DNA from: Longimicrobiales bacterium | Lineage (GTDB): Bacteria; Gemmatimonadota; Gemmatimonadetes; Longimicrobiales; Gaopeijiaceae | Assembly: GCA_965249725.1 (NCBI GenBank) | Contig: CBDFMQ010000002.1 | Location: forward strand, 1,120,001-1,184,000 | Direction: 5' to 3' | DNA length: 64,000 nt | In this document: positions 46,554-57,500 of the stretch, in pieces | How the letters are laid out: every line of letters begins with the position of its first letter | Position numbering within the stretch: position 1 is the stretch's first letter | The notes under the pieces: model-generated | The model's database searches: none | The model's input: only the letters and a program-made list of their open reading frames with translations | Told to the model about the DNA's origin: nothing | Position numbers and translations under genes: made by a program

Positions 46554-47701
46554 CGGTACTCCGTCACCGTGTTGATGACGGTCTCCTGGTTGGCCTCGTC
46601 GAGTCCCGTGAAGAACGGTAGACGTACCAGGCGACTACTCACGTCCTCGGCGACAGGACAATCGCCCGGCCGTGCCCCCAGGCTCTCCCCCATAGGCGAC
46701 GTGTTCAGCGGCACGTAGTGGAACACGGCGTTGACGCCACGGTCCTTGAGAAACGCGATGAATCGGCCCCGATGTTCGGCACTGGGGAGCAAGAGGTAGT
46801 ACATGTGGAACGTCTGCTCCGTGTGCTCGGGCACGACCGGCTGTCGCACACCCTCCGCTGTCGCCCACTCGGCCAGTCCCTCATGGTACCGCTGCCAGAT
46901 CTCCCGACGTCGCTGCTGAATCCGATCCCTCTCCTCGAATTGGCAGAGGAGGAAGGCGGAAAGCAGGTCGGAAGGCTGATAGCTGGAGCCCAGGCCGACC
47001 CACGTGTACTTGTCGACGATCCCCTCCATGAACTGGGCGCGATTCGTCCCCTTGTTCCGGACGATCTTGGCCTGGTCGAGCAGGTCGTCATCGTTCAGGA
47101 GAAGCGCCCCGCCCTTTCCACACGTCAGGTTCTTCGTCTCGTGGAAGCTCTGCGTCGCCATGGCACCGAAGGTTCCCAGAGCCCGACCTCGGTAACTCCC
47201 GAGAAGACCGTGCGCGTTGTCCTCGACGATCGAAAGTCCCGCCTCGTCGGCGACCTGCTGGATCACGTCCATCTCACACCCGACTCCAGCGTAGTGCACG
47301 ACCACGATCGCTCGGGTCCGCGGCGTAATCCTGGACGCCAGCTCGCGCTCGTCGAGGTTTAACGTGTCGGGTCGGATATCGGCGAACACCGGGCGCGCGC
47401 CACGTAGGGCGAACGCGTTGGCCGTACTGACGAACGTGAAGGAAGGCATTACGACCTCGTCGCCCTCTTCGAGGCCCAGCAGAATCGCCGCCATCTCGAG
47501 CGCGTGCGTGCAGGACGAAGTCAGAAGCGCAGCCCTCGCTCCGGTCATTTCCACCAGCAGCCGCTCGCACTGGTCCGTGAAGGGTCCTCCCTCTGAAATG
47601 ACCAGCCCCTCCACGGCCTCGCGCATCCGCTCAAACTCGGACCCGACCAGATAGGGTCGGTTGAAGGGGATTCGCCCGTCGATGCGGATGTCTTGGCTCA
47701 T
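46544..47701 (-). CDS. wecE: dTDP-4-amino-4,6-dideoxygalactose transaminase (DegT/WecE family)
   Basis: IPFNRP, SCTHALEM, TFVSTANAF, VHYAG, SFHETKN, KGTNR, VFHYVPL. Confidence 0.88.
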   Translation of the reverse strand: MSQDIRIDGRIPFNRPYLVGSEFERMREAVEGLVISEGGPFTDQCERLLVEMTGARAALLTSSCTHALEMAAILLGLEEGDEVVMPSFTFVSTANAFALRGARPVFADIRPDTLNLDERELASRITPRTRAIVVVHYAGVGCEMDVIQQVADEAGLSIVEDNAHGLLGSYRGRALGTFGAMATQSFHETKNLTCGKGGALLLNDDDLLDQAKIVRNKGTNRAQFMEGIVDKYTWVGLGSSYQPSDLLSAFLLCQFEERDRIQQRRREIWQRYHEGLAEWATAEGVRQPVVPEHTEQTFHMYYLLLPSAEHRGRFIAFLKDRGVNAVFHYVPLNTSPMGESLGARPGDCPVAEDVSSRLVRLPFFTGLDEANQETVINTVTEYRCG

Positions 47702-49314
47702 ACCTGACAATCTGCGTCGCCGCTCCGAATTCGGGCCAGGATTATCACGTAGCGACCGTCCCGGAACTCCTGGACGATTTCAGCTGAAAGGCCCGGTGTC
47801 GTCTCCGCGAAGCGAATCAGCCCGAGGATCTTCTCGCCACCCAGCCAAGGGTAGTTGAAGAGCGCATACACGCAGGGCGGCATCGGGTCTCCACGGATGA
47901 GCTCCGCCAGAGATTCCACCGAGAAATTGTGCCCGTTCGAGAGGGGACCGACGGCGTAGCCGAGCCCCGGGTAGTGGAGCAGATAGTGCTCGTAGTGCCC
48001 GTAGTAGACCGGCACCCCTTCCGGAAGGGCCTCCAGGGCATGGATGGCCTCTACCTCGAGGGCCTGGAGACGACGGTAGGCGTTGGAGCGCTCGGTCAGT
48101 GCCGGATCGTTTCCGGGCCCTTCCGTATCGATGTCCAGCGGGTAGAGAGCCCCGTTCGCGTTGATCGCGAAGTACGCCCCCAGGAGGACGAAGCAAACCG
48201 CCACGGAGGATGGAAGGCGATCACCGATCATTAGCCGGACGCCGTGCCCGAACCAAAGCAGGAGAAACGGCAGCACCATCACGTAGTAACGCGGCAGCAC
48301 GACCGTGAATCCCGCCAACGCGGGCAGAACCACCATGAAGAGCAACATGAACAAGACGATAAGCACACCCGTGTACCCCAGTACGAGTGTTGCGGTCTGC
48401 TCGGGAGTGCGGAGGGGCGGCTCGAGGGGCTCGGCTCTGAGAGCCCCGAAAACCGGCTTCACGCTGAAGACGGCGGTTACCGCGAAGGCCGCGATAAAGA
48501 CGAGCAGATCAGGCACGTTGAGGAGGAAGCGGGCGAGGTATTGTCCAACGCCCCCAAAGACAGCGTCCAGAGACGGCAGGAAACTGAAGTCCTCGGCGCG
48601 GGCTACCGCGATGCGGCCCATCAGAGCGAAAACGGCCGTCCACAATACCGGCGGCGCGACGATCTGGACCACCCGCCTCGCCTTGTCCGAGAGGCCGCGT
48701 CCCTCGAGCAGAGTCGTTGCTGCGAGCGTAGCTGGGACGATGATCCCGGTCTCTTTGGTCGCATACGCCAACGTGGCCCACAGCACGGCCGGCCAGAACC
48801 TCCGCTCCAGCCAAGCGACCAAGGACAGGACCGCGAAGAGGAAGAGGGGCACCTCCATGTAGAGGTAGCCTACCTGAGTCGAGAAGGTCGGGTGAAGGAG
48901 TGCGATGACCACTAACAAGGCAGTGGCGCCGAATCCAAGCACGGGCCGAGCGAGCCGGAAGAGCGCGACGAGCGCAATCGCGGCTGCCGCGAAGTGCAGG
49001 AGATGGAGCAACAGGAAGGCGAGCGGGCCCCCTCCCGTCATCCACAGCACGCCGGCCGTGACGAACGTGACGAGGGACGTGCTGTGGGCGTTCGGTCCAC
49101 CCTCCTGATACCCGGGCATCGCCAGCAGTTCGAGAAGATCGAAACCGTTTTCGGCGAGGGTGATGGCCGGCGGAAAGAGGCCCATCGCAGTGTCCCACAC
49201 CGGCGGCTGCAGCAGGGTGTCCCACTTGAGAACGAGAATGAGTAGGAAGACGAGAGAGAACCGAGCCCAGCCTCGTCTTTCCAGGCTCTGTATGAGGGGT
49301 GTCAGCCGCTCCAT
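47698..49314 (-). CDS. Polytopic membrane protein, probable GT-C glycosyltransferase
   Basis: About 11 TM segments, PVWD loop, YME, TKETG, PRY; ATGA overlap with wecE; RBS GGAGG. Confidence 0.6.
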   Translation of the reverse strand: MERLTPLIQSLERRGWARFSLVFLLILVLKWDTLLQPPVWDTAMGLFPPAITLAENGFDLLELLAMPGYQEGGPNAHSTSLVTFVTAGVLWMTGGGPLAFLLLHLLHFAAAAIALVALFRLARPVLGFGATALLVVIALLHPTFSTQVGYLYMEVPLFLFAVLSLVAWLERRFWPAVLWATLAYATKETGIIVPATLAATTLLEGRGLSDKARRVVQIVAPPVLWTAVFALMGRIAVARAEDFSFLPSLDAVFGGVGQYLARFLLNVPDLLVFIAAFAVTAVFSVKPVFGALRAEPLEPPLRTPEQTATLVLGYTGVLIVLFMLLFMVVLPALAGFTVVLPRYYVMVLPFLLLWFGHGVRLMIGDRLPSSVAVCFVLLGAYFAINANGALYPLDIDTEGPGNDPALTERSNAYRRLQALEVEAIHALEALPEGVPVYYGHYEHYLLHYPGLGYAVGPLSNGHNFSVESLAELIRGDPMPPCVYALFNYPWLGGEKILGLIRFAETTPGLSAEIVQEFRDGRYVIILARIRSGDADCQV

Positions 49315-50510
49315 GCCGCCATCCTCCGAATCGACGCGATTCCGAACACCGGGCCCAACGCCAAGATCGGAAAGGCCCACGGCCATCCCATGGAGTCGGT
49401 AAGAGCCGGCACGCCTTGAATGGTGACCATGGTGAGCAGAAAGCCCACCGATGTCTGCAGTGTCAGGGCCGTGCCGACGGCCTCCTGCGGCGCCACTTCA
49501 GTGACGAGCGCACTGAATTGGGCGGAGTCGGCCACCACGAAGAAGCCCCAGATCAGCACCACGGGCACGAGCATCCAATAACTCTGGCCGAACAGGAAGC
49601 CCACGACGAGACAACAAGCGCCACTCACGGCCATCGCGAAGTTCACGAGCTTCTCACGGCCAATCCGATCTGCTGCCATGCCGCCCCAGACGCACCCGAG
49701 GCCTCCAGCCGCAATCGCCGCGAACCCCACCAAGTCCACGACGGCCGCCGAGGGTGACGTACCCAGGTGTGCCCCGCGCGCCGCCGCGCTGGCGGCCAGG
49801 AAGGCCGGCACCCATGTCCACATGGCGTAGAGCTCCCACATGTGACCCAAATACCCTCCGGTGGCCAAACGAGTCGGGCGGTCTCGGGCCACGCGAGCGA
49901 TGAGCGACCAAGAGAAGGGGGCGCGCTGAAACGGGAACGGCCCCTCGCGGTATGCCGCGGCCACGAGCAGGCCTCCCACCGCTCCCCCAACCGACGCACC
50001 GAGCACTACAACCGCCAGAGGCGCACCGCCCACCAACTTGAGTAGATAGGGCGTGGCCTTCCCCACCGTGAGTGCCCCCACCACCGTGCCGATCGCCATG
50101 CCCCGGGCACTCCGGAACCACGTGGCGATCATCTTCATGGCCGGCGGATAGACACCGGCCAAGAAGAGCCCCGTGAGGAACCGGAAGGCCAAGGCGACCG
50201 CATATCCCGGTGCGATCACCAAGGCACCGTTCGCGAGTGCGGCCAACAAAGCCGACGACGCGAAGTACCAACGTGACGGGATGATATCGGCGAGGTTCAG
50301 CAGAGCTGCGACGGCAGTGCCTGCGACGAAACCGAGCTGCACGCATGTGGTGAGCCAACCGACCTGACTGGAGCTCAGCCCCCAGCGTTCCTGCAACACT
50401 GGGGAGGCGGCGCTCGCCGTGAACCACACAGACATCCCGAGAAGTACGGCCACCGACACCAGTGCCAGCATGCCCCAGCGGCACCCATCGGTTTCGCCCG
50501 TCAGCGCCAC
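49302..50510 (-). CDS. MFS transporter
   Basis: Multiple TM helices, RFLTG..LAGVYPP, GYLGHMWELYAMW, ADRIGR, DSAQFS. Confidence 0.88.
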   Translation of the reverse strand: MALTGETDGCRWGMLALVSVAVLLGMSVWFTASAASPVLQERWGLSSSQVGWLTTCVQLGFVAGTAVAALLNLADIIPSRWYFASSALLAALANGALVIAPGYAVALAFRFLTGLFLAGVYPPAMKMIATWFRSARGMAIGTVVGALTVGKATPYLLKLVGGAPLAVVVLGASVGGAVGGLLVAAAYREGPFPFQRAPFSWSLIARVARDRPTRLATGGYLGHMWELYAMWTWVPAFLAASAAARGAHLGTSPSAAVVDLVGFAAIAAGGLGCVWGGMAADRIGREKLVNFAMAVSGACCLVVGFLFGQSYWMLVPVVLIWGFFVVADSAQFSALVTEVAPQEAVGTALTLQTSVGFLLTMVTIQGVPALTDSMGWPWAFPILALGPVFGIASIRRMAAWSG

Positions 50511-51424
50511 ACCATCTTTCGAACGACGAACCAGAGGTTGGCCGGTCGCTCGGCCAGGCGCCTCATGTACCAGGGGAACCAGGCCGACCCGTAGCTGATC
50601 AGGGCCTGCATCTTGTATCCCTCGCCCGCGAGCCGCTCCTGCTCCGCGGTATTGATCCCATAGAGCATCTGGAACTCCACCTCACCACGGGGAATCCCGA
50701 GCGCCCCCGCCTCATCCTTGATCTTGTCCACCAGGTTGCCATCATGCGTGGCGAACGCTGCCCGTGCGCTGCCCGCTGCAACCGCGTCCAGGAGGCGGAG
50801 CGACAACTCGAGGAAGTTGTCGTCCACGTCCTTCTTCTTAGGAAAGGCAACGTCCCCGGACTCCTTGTAGGCGCCCTTCACGAGCCGAATCGCCGGCTTC
50901 AGCGGGAGGAGCCCCTCCATATCCTCGGCCGTACGGTAGAGATAGGCCTGGAGACACAGCCCGACGTTCTCGTAGTGGGCTCTCGCGGCCTTATAGATGT
51001 CCAGCGTGACGTCTACGTAGCCGCTCGCCTCCATATCGATCCAGACGAAGCGATCGAGTTCCAGTGCCAACCCGAGGATGGCCTCGAGGTTGGCTGCGGC
51101 CAGGTCTCGCCCGAGATCGACCCCGAGTTGCGTGAGTTTCACCGAGATCTCGACATCGAGGTCTCGGCGATCGAGTTCCTTGAGCACCTGCTGGTAATGC
51201 TCCACGACATCGACGGCCTCTCGCGGCTCGTTGACGTTCTCTCCGAGCAGCGTGACGATCGTGCTCATGCGCGACTTCTGGAGTCGGAGAGCCTCTCTCA
51301 TCGCGTCTTCAGGAGTCTCACCCGGCATGAATCGACGAGTAGCCCGCTGCACGAAACGAAGCCGCGGGAGGCGCTGGGCGAGCAGCGGGTTTTCAGAAGC
51401 CCACAGTAGGAGTCCGCGTAGCAT
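50501..51424 (-). CDS. Monofunctional proline dehydrogenase
   Basis: SVKLTQLG, IDME, QAYL.RT, RLVKGAY, ATHD, EFQMLYG, YMRRLAERP. Confidence 0.93.
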   Translation of the reverse strand: MLRGLLLWASENPLLAQRLPRLRFVQRATRRFMPGETPEDAMREALRLQKSRMSTIVTLLGENVNEPREAVDVVEHYQQVLKELDRRDLDVEISVKLTQLGVDLGRDLAAANLEAILGLALELDRFVWIDMEASGYVDVTLDIYKAARAHYENVGLCLQAYLYRTAEDMEGLLPLKPAIRLVKGAYKESGDVAFPKKKDVDDNFLELSLRLLDAVAAGSARAAFATHDGNLVDKIKDEAGALGIPRGEVEFQMLYGINTAEQERLAGEGYKMQALISYGSAWFPWYMRRLAERPANLWFVVRKMVWR

Positions 51425-51426
51425 GA

Positions 51427-54400
51427 TCAGCGCTGCTCCATCGGGATCGTGATGGGGTCGGCGTCGGTGAAGGGCGAGTACCCCGCCTCCTGAAGGTGCC
51501 GGCTATACGCGGACACCTCCTGGTCGAAGATCGCGTTCACCTCGTCGACGATAGCCTGCAACGCCTCCTCCGCTTGGGTGAGCATGAGCCGCTCGTTGCC
51601 CGTGGGTGCGTCGGGCGAGCCTCCCAGGAACTGCAGAGGTCGACGCACCGTGTTCGAGGGCAGCTTGCTTCGTCCGCAAATGCCCTGACATGGCGGGCCA
51701 GTGAAGAGGCGAGCGCGCATGTCCTCGAGGGACTCCTGAAGCCCTGCCCCCTCCTCGATCAGGGTCTGACCACCCTCACGCCCACGAAGCGACTCCTGGA
51801 CGGTCTCGGCGGTTCGGATCGCGCGCTCGATCCGCTGTTGGGCTTCGCTGAGTGCCGTGATCATGGACCGGGCGCGGTCTAGCGCCTGAAGTTTGGCGAT
51901 CCGCCGTGCCAGCGGGATGTCCTCACGGATATCCTCGAGAACCGTGATCTCTCCGGTGGAAACGGCATCAGCGACGGTCACCCGAACGCCATACGTGCCA
52001 GCCAATGCCTCCGACCCCTGCCCGCCCGGACCCTCCTCGCCACCGCGACGGAGATTCCAGACGATCCGATTCACACCCGGCTGTGCGGACCCGCTGAGCG
52101 TCCTCATCGGGCTCCCGTCCACGTCGAGGATCTCGATCGAGGCCCGCTGTGCACTCTCCGCGCCCACCCAGTAGTTGATGAGCGCACCGTACGGGCGCAT
52201 CTCGCCGAACATCATCGCGTGTCCGACCGATCGGTATCCCACCGCTTCCGCCGTGGCGTACTTCTGGGCCGGAGCCATGGGGAGGACCCTCAGAGCTTCG
52301 GTCGCGAGGCTGGAATCCGCGGCCGCCTCCCTCAGCGGACGGATGTCATCGATGACGTACGCCCCCCGACCGTGGGTCCCCAACACCAGATCGTGATCCC
52401 GAGGATGCACGCGCAAGTCCCGAATCGGCGCGGGCGGAACGTCATGACTCCACCGGATCCAGGAATCGCCTCCGTCGACACTCACTCGAAATCCGAATTC
52501 CGTGCCCAGGAACAGAAGGTCGGACTCTTCCCGATCTTCACGTATCACATGAATGAAACCGTCTATCCCATTGGTATTCAACGCATTCCACGTCGCACCA
52601 AGGTCTTCGGTCTTGTAGAGATATGCCTCCCAGTTTCCGCGACGATGATCCTCGAGCACCACGTAGGCCGTGCGAGGGTCATGGTGCGACGGTTCGACGT
52701 GCGGGACCCACGTTCCCCGTGGAACATCGCGGATCTGAGCACCCGTATTGCGCCACGTCGCGCCGTCGTCTTCAGTGACCTGCACATTGCCGTCATCCGT
52801 CGATGCCCAGATCAGCCCCGGCTGCAACGGGCTCGGCGAAATCGAGAGGATCGTGGTGTGGTTCTCCGCCCCGGTTGCATCGAGCGTGAGCCCGCCCGAT
52901 TCGTCCTGCCGCTGCTTCTCGGCGTCGTTGGTCGTCAGATCCGGAGAGATGATCTCCCAACTATTCCCATGATCTCGCGTGCGATGGACGAATTGGCTGC
53001 CCAGATAGAGGACGCTCGGGTCGTGCGGATCGACGTTGAGGCCGGCGTTCCAGTTGAAGCGTAGATGCTCGCCTTCGGGATGCACGGGTCGAATGGCGAC
53101 ACGACGCCCGGTGTCCTTGTCGAAGCGCACCAGATTGCCCTGCTGCGACATGGAGTACCCGTAGCGCGAGTCCGTCGGGTCGTTGTAGACGGCGAATCCG
53201 TCTCCGCTGCCCACACGGCGCCAATGCAGGTTCATGATCCCGCGATTCTCCCACACGGTACTCGGCCCATACCAGCTTCCGTTGTCCTGGAGTCCCCCGT
53301 AAACGTTGAACGGCACCTCATTGTCGAGGCTGATGTGGTAGAACTGCGCCAACGTGAGGTTCTCCACGAACCGCCAGTGATTGCCACGATCGTAGGTGAA
53401 AGCGATTCCGCCATCGTTCCCGATGATCATCCGCCGGCCGTCCTCCGGATCGATCCAGAGCTCATGGACATCGCCATGGATGGTCGTGCTGGGCACCACG
53501 GTCTCGAAATTGCGACCCTGGTCCTCACTCACCTGAATGCTCCCATGGAGTGAGTACACGCGGTTCTCGTTCTGTGGATCTACACGGAGATCCGCGTAGT
53601 AGAAGGGCCGAGGCACCACACCGGAGCGGTCATTGATGGTCTCCCAGCTCCGACCACCATCGTCCGATCTAATCAACTCGCTCTTTTCCGCCTCGACGAG
53701 GGCGTAGACGACGTCCGGATTCGAGGGCGCCACCGCGAGCCCGATACGGCCGAGGTCGCCCGGCGGCATTCCGTTCTCCTCCGTGTACCGATCCCAGGAA
53801 TCCCCTCCGTCGTAGGTCACGTACAACCCGCTTCCCGGTCCACCCGATTCGAAGAACCACGGCCACCGCCGGAACTCCCACATCGCGGCGAACAGTTTGT
53901 TGGGATTGCTGGGATCCATGATCAGGTCTGCGGCGCCGGTGCGCTCGTCCACGAAGAGGACGCGTTCCCAGTTCTCACCGCCATCCCTCGTCCTGAAGAC
54001 CCCCCGCACGTCGCCGTCGCTCCACGCAGGTCCCATCGCAGCGACATATACCACCGAGGCGTCCGTCGGATGAGTGATGATCCGATGGACCCGCTCCGAG
54101 CCCTCGAGGCCCACGTTGGTCCACGTATCACCACCATCGAGACTGCGGAACACACCATTTCCCACCCCGGCCGAGTTTCGGGGATTGCCCTCCCCGGTGC
54201 CCACCCAAACCACATCAGGCGTGGCCTGTGAGACCGCCACGGAACCGATTCCCAGGACCGGCTGGCCGTCGAAGATGGGCTCCCACTGGATGCCTCCGTC
54301 CACCGAGCGCCACAGGCCGCCGGTGGCGGCCCCCACGAAGATGATGTTGGGGTTGGACGCCACGACGTCCACGTCCGCCACACGGCCACTCATCCCCGCC

Positions 54401-54531
54401 GGTCCGATGGACCGGCCCCTGATCTGGGCGAAGTGTTCCGCGGTGTACTGGGCCTCGAGTGGAACGCCGTCGTACGCCAGGGCGCAAAACCCGAGAGCAA
54501 TCCACGTCAGTCTGCGAAGTTGGTGAATCAT
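51427..54531 (-). CDS. Secreted VPS10/BNR-repeat beta-propeller protein (glycosyl-hydrolase-like), paralog 2
   Basis: Signal peptide, RSIGPAGMSGR, many S/T-x-DGG-x-x-W BNR repeats, GGLQDNG. Confidence 0.85.
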   Translation of the reverse strand: MIHQLRRLTWIALGFCALAYDGVPLEAQYTAEHFAQIRGRSIGPAGMSGRVADVDVVASNPNIIFVGAATGGLWRSVDGGIQWEPIFDGQPVLGIGSVAVSQATPDVVWVGTGEGNPRNSAGVGNGVFRSLDGGDTWTNVGLEGSERVHRIITHPTDASVVYVAAMGPAWSDGDVRGVFRTRDGGENWERVLFVDERTGAADLIMDPSNPNKLFAAMWEFRRWPWFFESGGPGSGLYVTYDGGDSWDRYTEENGMPPGDLGRIGLAVAPSNPDVVYALVEAEKSELIRSDDGGRSWETINDRSGVVPRPFYYADLRVDPQNENRVYSLHGSIQVSEDQGRNFETVVPSTTIHGDVHELWIDPEDGRRMIIGNDGGIAFTYDRGNHWRFVENLTLAQFYHISLDNEVPFNVYGGLQDNGSWYGPSTVWENRGIMNLHWRRVGSGDGFAVYNDPTDSRYGYSMSQQGNLVRFDKDTGRRVAIRPVHPEGEHLRFNWNAGLNVDPHDPSVLYLGSQFVHRTRDHGNSWEIISPDLTTNDAEKQRQDESGGLTLDATGAENHTTILSISPSPLQPGLIWASTDDGNVQVTEDDGATWRNTGAQIRDVPRGTWVPHVEPSHHDPRTAYVVLEDHRRGNWEAYLYKTEDLGATWNALNTNGIDGFIHVIREDREESDLLFLGTEFGFRVSVDGGDSWIRWSHDVPPAPIRDLRVHPRDHDLVLGTHGRGAYVIDDIRPLREAAADSSLATEALRVLPMAPAQKYATAEAVGYRSVGHAMMFGEMRPYGALINYWVGAESAQRASIEILDVDGSPMRTLSGSAQPGVNRIVWNLRRGGEEGPGGQGSEALAGTYGVRVTVADAVSTGEITVLEDIREDIPLARRIAKLQALDRARSMITALSEAQQRIERAIRTAETVQESLRGREGGQTLIEEGAGLQESLEDMRARLFTGPPCQGICGRSKLPSNTVRRPLQFLGGSPDAPTGNERLMLTQAEEALQAIVDEVNAIFDQEVSAYSRHLQEAGYSPFTDADPITIPMEQR

Positions 54532-54577
54532 CGATCAGTCTCGACTCGGTCGTTGATATTGAGCACTCATCCCAACC

Positions 54578-57500
54578 CTACCCGATCGGTCCGACGGACG
54601 GGAATACGTCGATGCCGACGGCTTCGACCCTGTCCCGAAAGCGCGGTACATCGAGCAACAGAATGCCGTCGATCTCGTCGGTCAGGAGGCCCAACGCCTC
54701 CTCCATGCGAATCAGGTCGATCCGCTGGCCCTCCGTGGGCCTGTCGTACGAAGACGACAGGCCGGACACGCCTGAGCGATACTGGTCCACGTCCCGGAAG
54801 TCGGCAACCTCATCGAGAGCCGTCAGAAGGCCTCGTGCCGAGGTCACGAGTTCTGTCGTGACCGGCCGCCCATCGGACTCGAGGAGCTCGACGACTCGCT
54901 CGATTCCCTCCCTGACGCTGGCGATCGCCCGTCGGAGGTCGGCCGTTCTTACATCGAGTCCCTGAGCCTTTTCGAGGGCCTGGTACTTCGCGATCCTGTC
55001 GGTCATTTCGACCTGCACCCGAGGATCGGGAAGCACTTGGAGCGTCCGGAGCGCCTCGTCCGCCCCCTTCGCGATCCGGACCGTGTATAGGCCCGGTAGC
55101 ACCTGAAGGCCTCGAGGAGCCGGCCTCGAGCCGCTCCGTCCCACGGACTGGGAGTCCAGGAGTATCGCTGGAAGATCCTCACGGAGATCCCATGCGACAC
55201 GGTTCAGACCAGGACTCCGCGTACCCTCGAAGGTACGCACGATCCGATCCTCGAAATCGAGAACCTCTATCCTCACGGGCTCATCCACCGGCTCTTCGGG
55301 GTCGTCTTCGCCCAACCAGTAGGAAAGGAGGACTCCCGGATCCCTGGTGTGGCCCTGAAAGATCGCGTCGGCCACGAAATGGTAGCCGTCGGCTTCAGCC
55401 GTCGCGTGCACGTAGGCTGAAGGCGGCTCGAAGAGGAAGAGAGCCGTCCTGCCCGCCCCGGGATTGGTCGCGAGTTCCCTCAGCGGCCGAATGTCGTCTA
55501 GTACGTAGATCGCTCTGCCGTGCGTACCGATCACGAGGTCGTGGTCCCGGGGGTGGATGACGAGCGAGCGCACGGGGGCCGCAGGCAGCCCATGCGTCCA
55601 TTTGAACCAATCGTCGCCGCCGCTCAGAGTGACGTAGAGTCCGAATTCCGTCCCGGCGAAGAGCAGATCCTCCGCGATCGGATCCTGTTCGAGCGTATGG
55701 ACGTAGCCGTCGATATCGTCCCCGTCGGCGATGCGGTCCCAGTCGTCGCCGTAGTCGTCCGTCCGGTAGATGTAGGGCTCCCAATTGCCTCGACGGTGAT
55801 CGTCGAAGACCGCGAAGGCCCCACCCGGTCGGAACTTCGACGCTTCGACGTGGGCCACCCACGTACTGTCCGGAACTCCACCCATCCCGCCGCTCACGTC
55901 GTACCACTGCCCTCCACCGGCCGAGGTCACCTGCACCTTGCCGTCATCCGTCCCCACCCACACGACGTCCTGCGAGAGAGCGCTCGGGGCGATGGTCAGG
56001 ATGGTGGTGTGGTTCTCCGCACCCGTCGCGTCCCTCGTGAGTCCACCGCTCTCCTGCTGCCTCTGTTTCTCCGGATTGTCTGTGGTGAGGTCGGCGCTGA
56101 TGATTTGCCAGGTCTCACCTCGATCCACGCTCCTATGGACGAACTGACTTCCGTAGTAGATCCCGCCGGGGATGTACGGATCCGCCGCGATGGCAGCGTT
56201 CCAGCTGAAGCGGAGGCTGGTCGAGTCGGGCGCCCACGGTCGAATTCGCTTCCGTTCTCCGGTGCGAACATCGAAGCGCATCAGGTTGCCACCCTGTGAC
56301 ATGGCGTAGCCGTAGTTGGGATCCTGAGCATCGACGAGCGTGCCGAAACCATCTCCGGATGCCACTTCCTTCCAGTGGTAGTTGCGGATTCCCCCGTTCT
56401 CCCAAAGGTCGGAGGGCCCCTTCCACGACCCGTTGTCCTGCATGCCTCCGTACACGTTGTAGGGCACATCCAGGTCGACCGAGACGTGGTAGAACTGCCC
56501 GACCGGTAGATTGTCGATGATCCGCCAACTGGCCCCTCGGTCGCGCGAGACGTAGACGCCGCCGTCCGTGCCGGCGTACAGATGCCGGGGATCCTCCGGG
56601 TCGATCCACAAGGCGTGGAAGTCGGGGTGTACCCCCTGCCCCACGTTCTCGAAGGTTCTGCCGCCGTCCTCGCTTCTCTCGATACGAGAGTGAAGCTGAT
56701 ACAGCCGTAGTTCGTTCTCCGGGTCCACGAAGATGTCGCTGTAGTAGAACGGGCGGGGGTTCACTCCTGGCCCACTCCGCACCGTCCGCCAAGTCCGCCC
56801 ACCGTCCGAAGAGCGCAGCAAGGCACTCTCCTCCGCCTCGACGAGGGCATACACGATGCCAGGGTCCATGGCGTAGATCGCGAGACCGATTCGACCCAAG
56901 TCCCCGTCGGGTAGGCCTTGGGACCCATCCGCCAGTCGCCAACTCAGGCCACCATCTACCGTGATGTAGAGTCCGCTGCCCGAACCCCCCGACTCGAAGA
57001 ACCAGGGCGAGCGCCGGAAGGACCACATGCCCACGATGAGCTTGTCGGGGTTCGTGGGATCCATGACCATGTCGGAGACCCCGGTCCGTTCGTCGACATA
57101 GAGGACCTGAGCCCAACTCCGCCCGCCATCCACCGTCTTGAAGACCCCGCGCATCCCTCCATCACTCCAGGCCGGCCCCATCGCACCGACGTAGGCGACG
57201 TCGGGATCCGTAGGGTGCAGCAGAATCCGGTGAATCCGCTCCGACCCCTCGAGTCCGACCAGCGTCCAGGTGTCCCCTCCGTTGATCGACTTGTAGACGC
57301 CGCGTCCCACTCCCGCGCTATTGCGCGGGTTCCCCTCCCCGGTACCGACCCACACGACGTCGGGATTGGACTGATCGATGGCGATGGCCCCGATGCCCAG
57401 GAGGGGCTGATCGTCGAAGACAGGCCTCCAGGTCTGTCCTCCGTTGGTCGACTTCCAGACACCGCCGGTGGCGGCTCCCACATACACGACATCGGGGTCC

